In this document: positions 20,453 through 28,702 of the stretch, piece by piece
Layout: each line of letters starts with the position of its first letter
How positions within the stretch are numbered: position 1 is the stretch's first letter
Assembly: GCA_016432265.1 (NCBI GenBank)
Contig: CP066681.1
Location: forward strand, 458,342 to 522,341
DNA length: 64,000 bases
Source of the DNA: Micavibrio aeruginosavorus
Lineage (GTDB): Bacteria > Pseudomonadota > Alphaproteobacteria > Micavibrionales > Micavibrionaceae
Direction: 5' to 3'
Notes under the pieces: model-generated
What the model was told of the DNA's origin: nothing
What the model saw: only the letters and a program-made list of their open reading frames with translations
Database searches by the model: none
Program-made: the position numbers and the translations under genes

Positions 20453-21409
20453 ATGACAGTCATTATGGTTGATATTGGCGGCACGCATGGCCGCTTTGCC
20501 TGCGAAGAGGCTGATGAGTTGAAGAATTGCTTCAAGGTGGCGGCGTCTTCTCACCCGACTTTTGCGGAAGGGTTGGAAAGTTATACGCGCCAATTCGGTT
20601 ACGATAACAGGGGCGATCTCTATCTGGCGCTGGCGGCGCATGATGACGGCGCGGGAACATGGCGCTTTTCCAACAGCAATAAATGGGTTATTCGCCCGGC
20701 GGAGCTTGCGCGACTGGGATGGAACGTACGAACCATCGTGATGGATTTTTATGCCTCGACAAGGGGAGCGCTGGTTCTGGGCTCCGATCGGCTTGAACTT
20801 ATCAAGCAAGGACAAACCAGTCAGCGCAACCGGGTAGTGCTGGGGCCGGGGACGGGTCTGGGGTTGGCGTACGCAATAACCCTGCCGGACGGTAAGATCC
20901 ATGTGCAGGAAACCTACGGCGGGCGGATGCTGATGGCGGCCGTTACCGATGAACAGGTTGAGATATTGCGGCTGGTGCAGCGCTTTAAAGGGCCGGGCGC
21001 GGTGGTAGAATGCGAGGATGTGGTCAGCGGGCGCGGCCTGCCGCTTTTGTATCGGGCGGTTTGCGAGCGTCATGGCCGTCATGCGCTATACAACGATGCC
21101 GGGGATATCCTGAATGCCAGCGATGAGCCGGATGCGCAGGATTGTTTACGATTGTTCCACGAATTCCTGGGTATTTTTACCCACCATGCTGTCTTGACCG
21201 GTCATGCTTTCGGCGGCGTTTATATGGATGGCGGCATGATTCACCGCTTACGCGAAGCCAAACTGTTCAGACCTGACCAGATAGTGCGTTTTATGGACTT
21301 GCCCGGCCCTTCAGTGATAGAGCGCGATCTTGGGCAGACGCCGGTTTGGGTCGTCAACGATCCGTATGTGGCGTTGCGCGGCTTGCAGGAGTTAAAGAGA
21401 GATGTCTGA
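20453..21409 (+). CDS. glk: Glucokinase
   Basis: The N-terminus MVDIGGTHGRFA matches the Glk family GDVGGTNARFAL. Length is 318 aa. Confidence 0.75.
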   Translation: MTVIMVDIGGTHGRFACEEADELKNCFKVAASSHPTFAEGLESYTRQFGYDNRGDLYLALAAHDDGAGTWRFSNSNKWVIRPAELARLGWNVRTIVMDFYASTRGALVLGSDRLELIKQGQTSQRNRVVLGPGTGLGLAYAITLPDGKIHVQETYGGRMLMAAVTDEQVEILRLVQRFKGPGAVVECEDVVSGRGLPLLYRAVCERHGRHALYNDAGDILNASDEPDAQDCLRLFHEFLGIFTHHAVLTGHAFGGVYMDGGMIHRLREAKLFRPDQIVRFMDLPGPSVIERDLGQTPVWVVNDPYVALRGLQELKRDV

Positions 21410-22187
21410 GATCCTTTTGACTATAGATGACAGCCCGTCGCCTGATACGGACGAGCTGACGGCCTTCTTGCAGGCGCAGGGCGTTAACGCGATTTTATTT
21501 TGTCGCGGCGATCGGTTGCGCGACAATCCCGATCCGGTGGTGCGGGCGGTTGAGCGCGGCTTTGTCGCGGCCAACCATGCCTTCCATCATCGCAGGGCCA
21601 GTCAGATATCGTTTGACGAGGTTAAAACAGAAATCCTTGAGACGGAAGCGCTGCTCGATCAGGTTTATCAACGAGCGGGTTGCGCGCGTCCGGCGCTTTA
21701 TTTCCGGTTTCCCCATATGGATCGGGGGGCTGGCGGCTGGATCGTTGATTATAATGCGGCGCCCGCGCATGAACAGACATTGCGGCGCCTGTTTGTCGAC
21801 GGCCTCAATACCAAACTCGCCCCGCCTACGGCTGAGCAAGTGGATAAGAAATCGCGTCTGCAGGAATTTCTCAGGGTTTCCGGCTTTACGGCGCTGCCGG
21901 CGCAAGGCGTGACCCATGAGTGGTATCGCCAGACCGAGGTCGCGCAAGCAGTTGATGCAATGTTCACGTTCTCTACATCCGACTGGATGCTGACGCAGCG
22001 CCACCTTGGCAAATGGCCTTGTAAATCGATCGGCGATTTGAAACAAAAAATTGACAATGATCCGTGGCTCGCTGTATCAGGCAGCGATAACATTGTACTA
22101 GCCCATGACCAGCCCGAGATTTTGCCGGTCGTCAAGGCGCTGGTTGGCCATATGCTGCACAAAGGCTTTTCTTTCAAGCCTGTGTAA
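21402..22187 (+). CDS. Polysaccharide deacetylase (NodB-homology domain) family protein
   Basis: TIDDSP (NodB motif 1), a His-rich ANHAFHHR motif 2, and a downstream RFPHMDRG block. Confidence 0.6.
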   Translation: MSEILLTIDDSPSPDTDELTAFLQAQGVNAILFCRGDRLRDNPDPVVRAVERGFVAANHAFHHRRASQISFDEVKTEILETEALLDQVYQRAGCARPALYFRFPHMDRGAGGWIVDYNAAPAHEQTLRRLFVDGLNTKLAPPTAEQVDKKSRLQEFLRVSGFTALPAQGVTHEWYRQTEVAQAVDAMFTFSTSDWMLTQRHLGKWPCKSIGDLKQKIDNDPWLAVSGSDNIVLAHDQPEILPVVKALVGHMLHKGFSFKPV

Positions 22188-22207
22188 CCCCTGTCAGAGG
22201 ATAGAGT

Positions 22208-23119
22208 GTGATGACGAAAACAACAGCCAAATCAAAAACAGTGAAAAAAGCAGCGGCGCGGGGGGCGGATCTGCCGGCGCGCGATCATGATCGCAAATAT
22301 GTGCGGGTGATAGCCGATTACGGCCCGCTCGGGGATCTCGCGTTCGCCGAGGTGACGGATCGCCTGCATGCCGTGATGCGCGATGCCGGGGTTGCTGACT
22401 ATAAAATCGACCTCACCGGCGTCCCTGCTTTTGATACCTATGCGACCGGTTTCGCGCTGGCGCAGCTGGCGATCAACAGCCCCTTGGGCAAGGATCATAT
22501 TTTTTACGTGAACACGGCGCCGCGCAAAGATAAAAAATCAGCTCGAATCAACAACGAAGGTGAGGGTTTGGTTTATGTCAGGTTGAAGAACGGCATTCAG
22601 ATCGTGGCCGTCAATAGTGGTTATTCCCTGACCTTCGTCAAACCCTATGCGACTGTTATTCGTGAGCTGAGAGTGGACAAGGCGGGTTCGCAGTTTCGTT
22701 CGCGTGATATTTTCCCGCAGGCTGTGGCTGCTGTTTTGGCCGGGGATAGTAAAATTCTGGGTAAGGATGTCAGTGCCAGCGTACCGGTGGCGGTTCCTGA
22801 AAATCGCGTTCTTTATACCGATGGGTATGGCAATCTGAAAACCTCGGTCAGACCGGTCGATCTGAAAAAACTGAAGGGCAAGCATGCCTATCTGAAGGTG
22901 GGGGATGCCGACCAGAAATCAGTGATGGTGGGAACGGGCATTTTCGATGTGGCCGACGGCGATTATTGTTTTGCGCGCGGCAGCTCGGGATGGGCTAAGC
23001 CGAATGGCCGGGATCGCGTCGAGTTTTCAGAGGTTGTTTGCCGGGGCGGCAACGCCGCCGAGGGCTTTGACCGTCCCGCTGGCGGAAAAGTTTTGATGTG
23101 GAAGCCGATTTTGCGTTAA
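22208..23119 (+). CDS. SAM hydroxide adenosyltransferase (DUF62, fluorinase/chlorinase-like) family protein
   Basis: VIADYGP...D (N-terminal Asp motif), FRSRDIFPQAVAAVLAG and YTDGYGNLKT blocks correspond to the conserved FHGRDIFAP and DxFGN motifs of DUF62. Confidence 0.6.
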   Translation: MMTKTTAKSKTVKKAAARGADLPARDHDRKYVRVIADYGPLGDLAFAEVTDRLHAVMRDAGVADYKIDLTGVPAFDTYATGFALAQLAINSPLGKDHIFYVNTAPRKDKKSARINNEGEGLVYVRLKNGIQIVAVNSGYSLTFVKPYATVIRELRVDKAGSQFRSRDIFPQAVAAVLAGDSKILGKDVSASVPVAVPENRVLYTDGYGNLKTSVRPVDLKKLKGKHAYLKVGDADQKSVMVGTGIFDVADGDYCFARGSSGWAKPNGRDRVEFSEVVCRGGNAAEGFDRPAGGKVLMWKPILR

Positions 23120-23185
23120 AAACGCACGGCAGCCATTGATTTTCACATCGGTTTCTGGTTTTTATGACTGGTACTTCTCGCGGGC

Positions 23186-23259
23186 GCGGGTGTAGCTTAA
23201 TGGTAAAGCTCCAGCCTTCCAAGCTGGCTACGTGGGTTCGATTCCCATCACCCGCTCCA
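23186..23259 (+). tRNA. tRNA-Gly (anticodon TCC)
   Basis: GCGGGTG acceptor pairs with CACCCGC, then T and CCA. The anticodon loop CTTCCAA carries TCC. T-stem GTGGG/CCCAT with loop TTCGATT. The integrase gene lies immediately 3-prime. Confidence 0.9.
23240..23253. repeat. attL core: GATTCCCATCACCC within the 3-prime part of tRNA-Gly
   Basis: An exact 14-bp copy recurs at 28318-28331. Confidence 0.7.
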
Positions 23260-23382
23260 ACCGCCTCTTCACCGACATTCACCGCTGTTCACTGACGTTC
23301 GCAAAGTCATTGTAAAACAAAGGACTTCCAGGCGTTTTCTGTTCATGCTAGTATTTTTCCGTTCACCCGCGACCGCCAATTT

Positions 23383-23445
23383 TGGGGGCATCGATGGGGG
23401 CAGATCGAAAAACGTGGGGGCATCGAAGCCCCAAAATTGGGGGCA
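23383..23445. promoter_or_regulatory. Four TGGGGGCA iterons (candidate integrase arm-type sites) upstream of or overlapping the int start
   Basis: TGGGGGCA at 23383, 23395, 23415 and 23438. The last copy is embedded in the palindrome GCCCCAAAATTGGGGGC. Confidence 0.55.
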
Positions 23446-23447
23446 TC

Positions 23448-24677
23448 GTGAAGTTATCGGACAAAACATGCAAAGCGGCAAAATCCAAGGAAAAGCCTTA
23501 TAAACTTGCCGATGGCGGGGGTTTGTATCTCGAAGTCATGCCCAACGGCTCCAAATGCTGGCGGATGAAGTACCGTTACCTGGGCAAGGAAAAGCGTCTG
23601 GCGTTCGGCGTGTACCCCGTTATCAGCCTTGCCGATGCCCGCACGGCCCGCGAGAGGGCCAAGAAACTATTGGCGCAGGGGATCGATCCTTCCGGCGCGA
23701 AGAAGGAAGAGAAGCGGGAGGCGATCCGCAACGCTGAGAATACCTTCAAGGCCGTTGCGCTGGAATGGCACGAAAACCAGTTGTCCCGCTGGACACCCAC
23801 CCATGCCCAAAATGTCACCCGCCGTTTTGAGGTCGATATTTTCCCCTTTATTGGGAACCGGCCCATTGCGGAAATTGACCCGCCCGAATTGCTTGAGGAA
23901 GTCCTGCGGCGGATTGAAAAGCGCGGGGCATTGGATGTAACGGCGCGGGTGAAGCAGATTTGCGGACAGGTTTTCCGCTACGGCATTGCGACGGGCCGTT
24001 GCCAGCGCGATCCCACCGCCGACCTGAAAGGGGCATTGAAGGCCAATCAGACCCAGCATTTCGCGTGTCTCGATATTAAGGAAATGCCAGAGTTTTTGGA
24101 CAAGCTGGAAAAGAACGATGCGCGGCTTTACCATCGCACCCGCCGCGCCATCCGGCTGTTGATGCTCACCTTTGTCCGCACCAACGAATTGATTAACGCA
24201 ACATGGGACGAATTCGACCTTGATAACGCCCTTTGGGAAATCCCCGGCTGGCGGATGAAGATGCGGAACCCCCATATCGTACCGTTATCGCGGCAAGCCG
24301 TAGCCTTGCTGCGGGAGCAGAAGGAAGAAACGGGCCATCTCAATACGCCGTGGGTGTTTCCCAGCCAGGTACGCCCGAAAGACCCGATGAGCAATAACAC
24401 CATCCTGTTTGCCATCGGGCGCATGGGCTATAAAAAGCGCATGACCGGCCACGGCTTCCGCGCCCTTGCCATGTCGAATATCAAGGAAAAGCTCGGTTAC
24501 CGGCACGAGGTTGTTGACCGCCAGCTTGCTCACGCGCACAAAAACAAAATCGACCGCGCTTATGACCGGGCGCAGTTTCTTGATGAGCGCACCACGATGA
24601 TGCAAGAATGGGCGGATTATATGGATGCAGTGGCGAAGGGCGGCGGAAAAATCGTAAAATTCAAGAAAGCGGCATAA
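23448..24677 (+). CDS. int: Tyrosine recombinase / phage-type integrase (P4-like, with an N-terminal arm-DNA-binding domain)
   Basis: VKLSDKTCKAAKS...YKLADGGGLYLEV...GSKCWRMKYRYLGKEKRLAFGVYP matches the P4-type N-terminal domain. The C-terminal catalytic region has R...HGFR...H..R..Y-type residues (HGFRALAMSN...RQLAH..KNKIDRAYDR). The likely start is GTG at 23448; the track shows a TTG-extended ORF from 23382. Confidence 0.9.
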   Translation: MKLSDKTCKAAKSKEKPYKLADGGGLYLEVMPNGSKCWRMKYRYLGKEKRLAFGVYPVISLADARTARERAKKLLAQGIDPSGAKKEEKREAIRNAENTFKAVALEWHENQLSRWTPTHAQNVTRRFEVDIFPFIGNRPIAEIDPPELLEEVLRRIEKRGALDVTARVKQICGQVFRYGIATGRCQRDPTADLKGALKANQTQHFACLDIKEMPEFLDKLEKNDARLYHRTRRAIRLLMLTFVRTNELINATWDEFDLDNALWEIPGWRMKMRNPHIVPLSRQAVALLREQKEETGHLNTPWVFPSQVRPKDPMSNNTILFAIGRMGYKKRMTGHGFRALAMSNIKEKLGYRHEVVDRQLAHAHKNKIDRAYDRAQFLDERTTMMQEWADYMDAVAKGGGKIVKFKKAA

Positions 24678-25219
24678 TGGGTGCAAAGAAAAAACCCGCA
24701 GACAAGAATTTAAACATCGATCTGAAAGCCGGGTTTGGCTTTGATCCTGACTGGACGTTGGAACAGGCGATGGCAGCCGGTTCCGATGGGCCGTTAAGTC
24801 CATTCTGGCGATGGCAGCGTTGGCAACAGCTTGAAGAAGAATACAGGAAGAGATTTGAGGCCGGTGATAAAGAAGTTGTATTCACTGCCCTTCATGCTTG
24901 TGCTTGCTCCAATCTTTCCATGCCTGACTGGTTGGCCGATGCTTATGCCGCTGGTTTCCACAAGTGGGTGAATTATCGTGCGGGAAGTTTGGATGAGGCT
25001 TTCGATGTCGCAATTCCAAAAGGCAAACACCTTAATGCTCTACGGAAAAATCGTATGCTCCGTTTTGCCGTGCCGCTTGCGGTAGATAAGGCTCGGAATG
25101 AAGGCAATGCCATTCAACAGGGTCTTTTTGAGAAGGTCGGCAAGGAATTTGGAATCAGCGGTAGTTCTGCTAAAAACCTGTATTACAGGTACCGGAATAC
25201 ATTTCTAAAAAAATCTTAG
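24677..25219 (+). CDS. Hypothetical protein, translationally coupled (TAATG) to the integrase gene
   Basis: ATG at 24677 overlaps the int stop codon. It is about 180 aa with no recognisable motif. Confidence 0.45.
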   Translation: MGAKKKPADKNLNIDLKAGFGFDPDWTLEQAMAAGSDGPLSPFWRWQRWQQLEEEYRKRFEAGDKEVVFTALHACACSNLSMPDWLADAYAAGFHKWVNYRAGSLDEAFDVAIPKGKHLNALRKNRMLRFAVPLAVDKARNEGNAIQQGLFEKVGKEFGISGSSAKNLYYRYRNTFLKKS

Positions 25220-25288
25220 ATTTTTTAGAAATACAGGCTCCTGATTTCAGGGCAGTATATCTGAGAATGAAAATTTAGGAGCATCACG

Positions 25289-25612
25289 ATGATCCGCATT
25301 GTCGAATACATTGCCAAGAACGGCAAAAACCACTTTGCCGATTGGCTTGCCAAAATCCCTGCCAAACATGCAAACCGCGTGTCTGAGGCGCTCTACCGCA
25401 TGGAGATGGGCAATTTCGGCGATCATAAATCTGTCGGCGGCGGCGTCATGGAACGGCGCATATTTGGCAATCCAGCTTTGCGTGTTTATTACGCCTTGGA
25501 CGGTAAAGAACTTGTGATCCTGCTGGCGGGCGGCGGCAAGCACCGGCAGGACAAGGATATTGCCAAGGCCAAAGAGCTTTGGAAGGCTTATCAGGCTGAA
25601 AAGGCTAAATAA
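25289..25612 (+). CDS. Type II toxin, RelE/ParE superfamily (HigB-like 'addiction module killer' type)
   Basis: MIRIVEYIAKNGKNHFADWL...YRMEMGNFGDHKSVGGGVMERRIF...LRVYYALDGKELVILLAGGGKHRQDKDIAKAKELW is the characteristic pattern of this toxin family. A strong AGGAG RBS precedes it. It is upstream of the antitoxin, which is the HigBA gene order. Confidence 0.7.
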   Translation: MIRIVEYIAKNGKNHFADWLAKIPAKHANRVSEALYRMEMGNFGDHKSVGGGVMERRIFGNPALRVYYALDGKELVILLAGGGKHRQDKDIAKAKELWKAYQAEKAK

Positions 25613-25709
25613 TTCTATATTAACCCTTTTTTCTGGATTAATTGATAACATATATGTTAGTATCAGGATCAATGCCAGTGAACCTGTATGAAGGAAAAAG
25701 AGGCTTGTT

Positions 25710-26048
25710 ATGGCTCTGACACGTGATTTTAAAGAAACGATCATTGAACGCGCCAGAAAGGATAAAAAATTCCGGCGCGGCATGTTGACGCGGGGAATCG
25801 TGCTGCTGATTGCCGGTAGCGAAGAAGATGTGCAGGTAGGTAAATCTTTTATCCGCGATTACATCAATTCGACCATCGGCTTTCCGGCGTTGGCGAAGCG
25901 CACAGGCATTCCGAAAGAAAGCCTTATGCGTATGCTGGGGCCGAAAGGTAATCCCAGCCTGAGCAATCTCAATCAGGTCACGCATACCCTGCTGGAAAAC
26001 GAAGGGCTGAAAGGCGCAGACAATCTTTCCGTTTCAGTGCAGGGGTAA
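25710..26048 (+). CDS. HTH antitoxin (HigA-like 'addiction module antidote' type)
   Basis: MALTRDFKETIIERA... in the N-terminus, then an HTH-like region (SFIRDYINSTIGFPALAKRTGIPKESLMRML). It sits directly downstream of the toxin. Confidence 0.65.
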   Translation: MALTRDFKETIIERARKDKKFRRGMLTRGIVLLIAGSEEDVQVGKSFIRDYINSTIGFPALAKRTGIPKESLMRMLGPKGNPSLSNLNQVTHTLLENEGLKGADNLSVSVQG

Positions 26049-26545
26049 TGTCCAATTCCGATGACATGAGCGATGAAGAAAAAGCGGCGCAAGTCCGACT
26101 GGATAAATTGTGCAAAGAGCATAGCGTTGAAAAATTCAGTATTCGAGATGATGTCGGGCTAGTTTGCTGGCGCAATCTCATACAAGCCATGTGCGGCATG
26201 GATATAAACCGTCGCGAAAAGCCGGGCCGTAAGGGCAATTCAGATGATCTGGTAGATGAAGTCAGACGATTGTATGCCCTCTACACAGATTTTTCGAGAC
26301 TCGAAATTGACGAGAGCAAGGATAAAACAGATAAAAAAAGATATAAGAACCTGCCAGACTTCTATAAGTACCAAGTGTATGGCTTTATTTCCGATGATTT
26401 ATCAAAAAAATACGGCAAAGAAATCACCTCTAACCAGGTTAGAGGAATATTGAAGAACGATCACAACAGCGAACAGCTTAAACGACTAAACCTGTCGAAT
26501 ACGGCGCAAAATTCTTTTTCCTTCATACTTTTGCTCACATGCTGA
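26048..26545 (+). CDS. Hypothetical charged protein, start overlapping the antitoxin stop (TAATG)
   Basis: 165-aa ORF that is AT-rich and K/D/E-rich with no recognisable domain. Confidence 0.35.
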   Translation: MSNSDDMSDEEKAAQVRLDKLCKEHSVEKFSIRDDVGLVCWRNLIQAMCGMDINRREKPGRKGNSDDLVDEVRRLYALYTDFSRLEIDESKDKTDKKRYKNLPDFYKYQVYGFISDDLSKKYGKEITSNQVRGILKNDHNSEQLKRLNLSNTAQNSFSFILLLTC

Positions 26546-26964
26546 TAAAGCAGCTTTGCTTTGATTGCGGTTATGGAAGTGCGGCTCTGAGAGAACGTAT
26601 TTACTGCGAAAACAAATCTCAGGAAAACAAAATGCAGGGAATTCTTATCTATACTGCCGCAGGTGACTCAGAAGGAACTATGGGGGGTCTTGTAAGACAG
26701 GGAGAAGCTGGCAGGATTGAAAAAATAATACAACGCGCTTTACAGGATGCCATGTGGTGTGGTGCTGATCCGATATGCATAGAAAGCCCCGGCCAGGGAA
26801 CCGGCAACTCCAACCTTGCCGCATGCCATAATTGCTGCCTTCTGCCTGAAACCTCGTGCGAACAGGGGAATCGGTTTCTTGATAGAGCCTTGCTTGTGGG
26901 ATTGCCTGAAGATCGAACAAAAGGCTTTTTCTATCGTTTGCTCGCACAAAAGAAAGCCCCATAA
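26539..26964 (+). CDS. Cys-cluster protein resembling the C-terminal zinc-binding MZB/DUF1998 module of helicase-associated defence proteins; possibly a gene fragment
   Basis: CFDCGYGS ... AACHNCCLLPETSCEQGNRFLDRALLVGL gives a CxxC...CxxC...SCxxGNxxLDR arrangement as in DUF1998 C-termini. There is no helicase part upstream, and it overlaps the previous ORF in another frame. Confidence 0.4.
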   Translation: MLIKQLCFDCGYGSAALRERIYCENKSQENKMQGILIYTAAGDSEGTMGGLVRQGEAGRIEKIIQRALQDAMWCGADPICIESPGQGTGNSNLAACHNCCLLPETSCEQGNRFLDRALLVGLPEDRTKGFFYRLLAQKKAP

Positions 26965-27075
26965 GCCGCTTTTGGTTGATACGATAGTGAATCGCACATT
27001 TTTCTGCGGCTGTTATATAATCGACAATAGAAAGAAGACGAAAATTGCCGCTCAATAGATGCTGGAGTAACCAAG

Positions 27076-27627
27076 ATGCTTCCTATCAAGGACTGGAGCG
27101 AAATAGACAACAAAGAGTTTGATGTAAAACGCACTTTTGAAAAGAGCGAACTCGCCAAGGATCAACTCAGAACAGCAATATGGCTGTTTTTAAACCGTAT
27201 TGATTTTGCCTCCGCGATAACACTGGCGGGTGCTGCGGGGAACATTCTTCATGCACTTGTCGAGCACCAGAACAAGCAGCCCACACTTGAATATGGCCGT
27301 CTCTTGTGCAGCAAGCTAATCGGACATGTGCCGGGAAGAAGCAAATATCTTAAGAATTTTGGTGATTTAACCGGCATAAACCGATTGAAACACATGAGCG
27401 CAGAGTGTCCAGATACAATTGAGATTGATCTTGAGAAATGTGCTGAAACAGCTATCACAAGAGCGGTGTTGGATTTTATAAAGCTTTATGGAGATGCTGA
27501 GGCTCGCAGTAATCCGGCTGTAAATTCTTTTATGCAGTGGTTATGGGTTCTCCACGGTGAGAGAATGATGAAAGAATATGGGCCGTTACTTGAGGGGCTA
27601 AAAGAAGATGGGTTTAAAACAGCATAA
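27076..27627 (+). CDS. Hypothetical protein, paralog A of a tandem pair
   Basis: Shares DQLR.AIWLF...S.ITLAGAA...L...VE...INRLKHM... with the next ORF. Lies in AT-rich DNA. Confidence 0.5.
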   Translation: MLPIKDWSEIDNKEFDVKRTFEKSELAKDQLRTAIWLFLNRIDFASAITLAGAAGNILHALVEHQNKQPTLEYGRLLCSKLIGHVPGRSKYLKNFGDLTGINRLKHMSAECPDTIEIDLEKCAETAITRAVLDFIKLYGDAEARSNPAVNSFMQWLWVLHGERMMKEYGPLLEGLKEDGFKTA

Positions 27628-28081
27628 ACTTATAGACTTGGCAGAGGATCAGTTACGGTCTTCAATCTGCTTATTCTTCAAGGGCGATCTTGTTTCTTCC
27701 ATTACTCTGGCAGGGGCGGCGGATGTTTTGCTTTGCCGGATTGTCGAAAATCACGGCGAAGAAAGTTTTACAGCGCATGTACTGAAGTCAGAGAACGATC
27801 CAAGCAAGACAATCCCTCAAATGGGGCGTGAGATTAACGATATGTTTCATATTAATGCATTGAAACACATGGACTCTAAAGAAGACAGCACTGTCACTAT
27901 GAATTTGCGGGAAGCCGCTATAGGCGCAATTCTCAAGGCTCTTCCCAATTATAATATGCTACGCGGCAAGGATAACGATTTTATCAAATCATTTTTGATG
28001 TGGATTAGGGTAAATCTTGATCCAGAGGTCTATAACGTGAACTGTGACCCTAATTGGCAATCTAAAGAAAAGTCAGCTTAG
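27608..28081 (+). CDS. Hypothetical protein, paralog B of a tandem pair
   Basis: Clear collinear similarity to 27076-27627 (EDQLRSSICLFF...SSITLAGAADVLL...HINALKHMD). Confidence 0.5.
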   Translation: MGLKQHKLIDLAEDQLRSSICLFFKGDLVSSITLAGAADVLLCRIVENHGEESFTAHVLKSENDPSKTIPQMGREINDMFHINALKHMDSKEDSTVTMNLREAAIGAILKALPNYNMLRGKDNDFIKSFLMWIRVNLDPEVYNVNCDPNWQSKEKSA

Positions 28082-28239
28082 TTTGTTGATTTTGAAATTT
28101 TGTCGGGCGGCTAGGCACGTGTTTGCGCTGTAAGAATAGGGGTACCCCGGAGGGGTGGGGATCGCAGTTGAATCATCTCGGCGGATGTGGTTTATACATG
28201 GACGTTCGCCCTCGTTCATTACGGCCTCAAAATCGAATG

Positions 28240-28259
28240 TGGGGGCAGATTTGGGGGCA
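28240..28259. promoter_or_regulatory. Two TGGGGGCA iterons on the attR-proximal arm of the island
   Basis: tgtGGGGGCAgatTTGGGGGCAg, about 60 nt before the attR core. Confidence 0.5.
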
Positions 28260-28317
28260 GACGGGAAATCCACATCGGGCTAAACTGATTCCGATCAAAG
28301 CCTTAGAAATTAAATGT

Positions 28318-28331
28318 GATTCCCATCACCC
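28318..28331. repeat. attR core: GATTCCCATCACCC, a direct repeat of the tRNA-Gly 3-prime segment
   Basis: Exact 14/14 match to 23240-23253. The flanking sequence does not continue the tRNA. Confidence 0.7.
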
Positions 28332-28409
28332 AGATTTTGAAAAATAAAGATATCTAGCAGTTATTCTGCTCGTGCTAAACTCTTATTGTTCACGGGCAAT
28401 CGAGAGTTT

Positions 28410-28471
28410 CGGGGGCAGAATTGGGGGTATCCCTGAAACCGTGGGGGCAAGATACTCCCGAAAATGGGGGT
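28410..28471. promoter_or_regulatory. Second iteron cluster (CGGGGGCA, TGGGGGTA, TGGGGGCA, TGGGGGTA), homologous to the int upstream region
   Basis: Same spacing pattern as 23383-23445. The following ~50 nt are about 80 % identical to the int 5-prime end. Confidence 0.5.
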
Positions 28472-28474
28472 AAG

Positions 28475-28702
28475 ATGAAGCTATCCGACAAGACATGCAA
28501 AGCCGTAAAATCTGCGGATCGCCTCGACAACCCGGACATCGATACAATCATATACACGGGCACGGACGACGGCGATCAGGACGTCGTCGAGTTCGGGCTG
28601 CATTCCTACATCAGGCCGCATCACAACTTCATCCGCGCAGCGGATGCCCGCATAGTATGCGCAAACGATAACGACGAAATGGAGTATTCATATGCGGTTT
28701 AA
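28475..28702 (+). pseudogene. Integrase 5-prime remnant: first ~15 codons (MKLSDKTCKAVKS) homologous to the int N-terminus, then unrelated sequence
   Basis: MKLSDKTCKAVKS aligns with VKLSDKTCKAAKS of the intact integrase, after which similarity ends. Confidence 0.5.

Larger units (their letters stand above)
23260..28331. mobile_element. Integrase-bearing genomic island (~5.1 kb) inserted at tRNA-Gly
   Basis: A tRNA-adjacent P4-type integrase, 14-bp direct repeats at both ends, low-GC cargo and TGGGGGCA iterons on both arms. Confidence 0.75.

Noticed and set aside
20261-21082. 273-aa minus-strand ORF opposite the glucokinase gene
   Set aside because: It is antisense to a clear Glk ORF and has no motifs.
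28123-28347. 74-aa ORF spanning the attR core
   Set aside because: It crosses the island junction and iterons and has no RBS. It is almost certainly non-coding.
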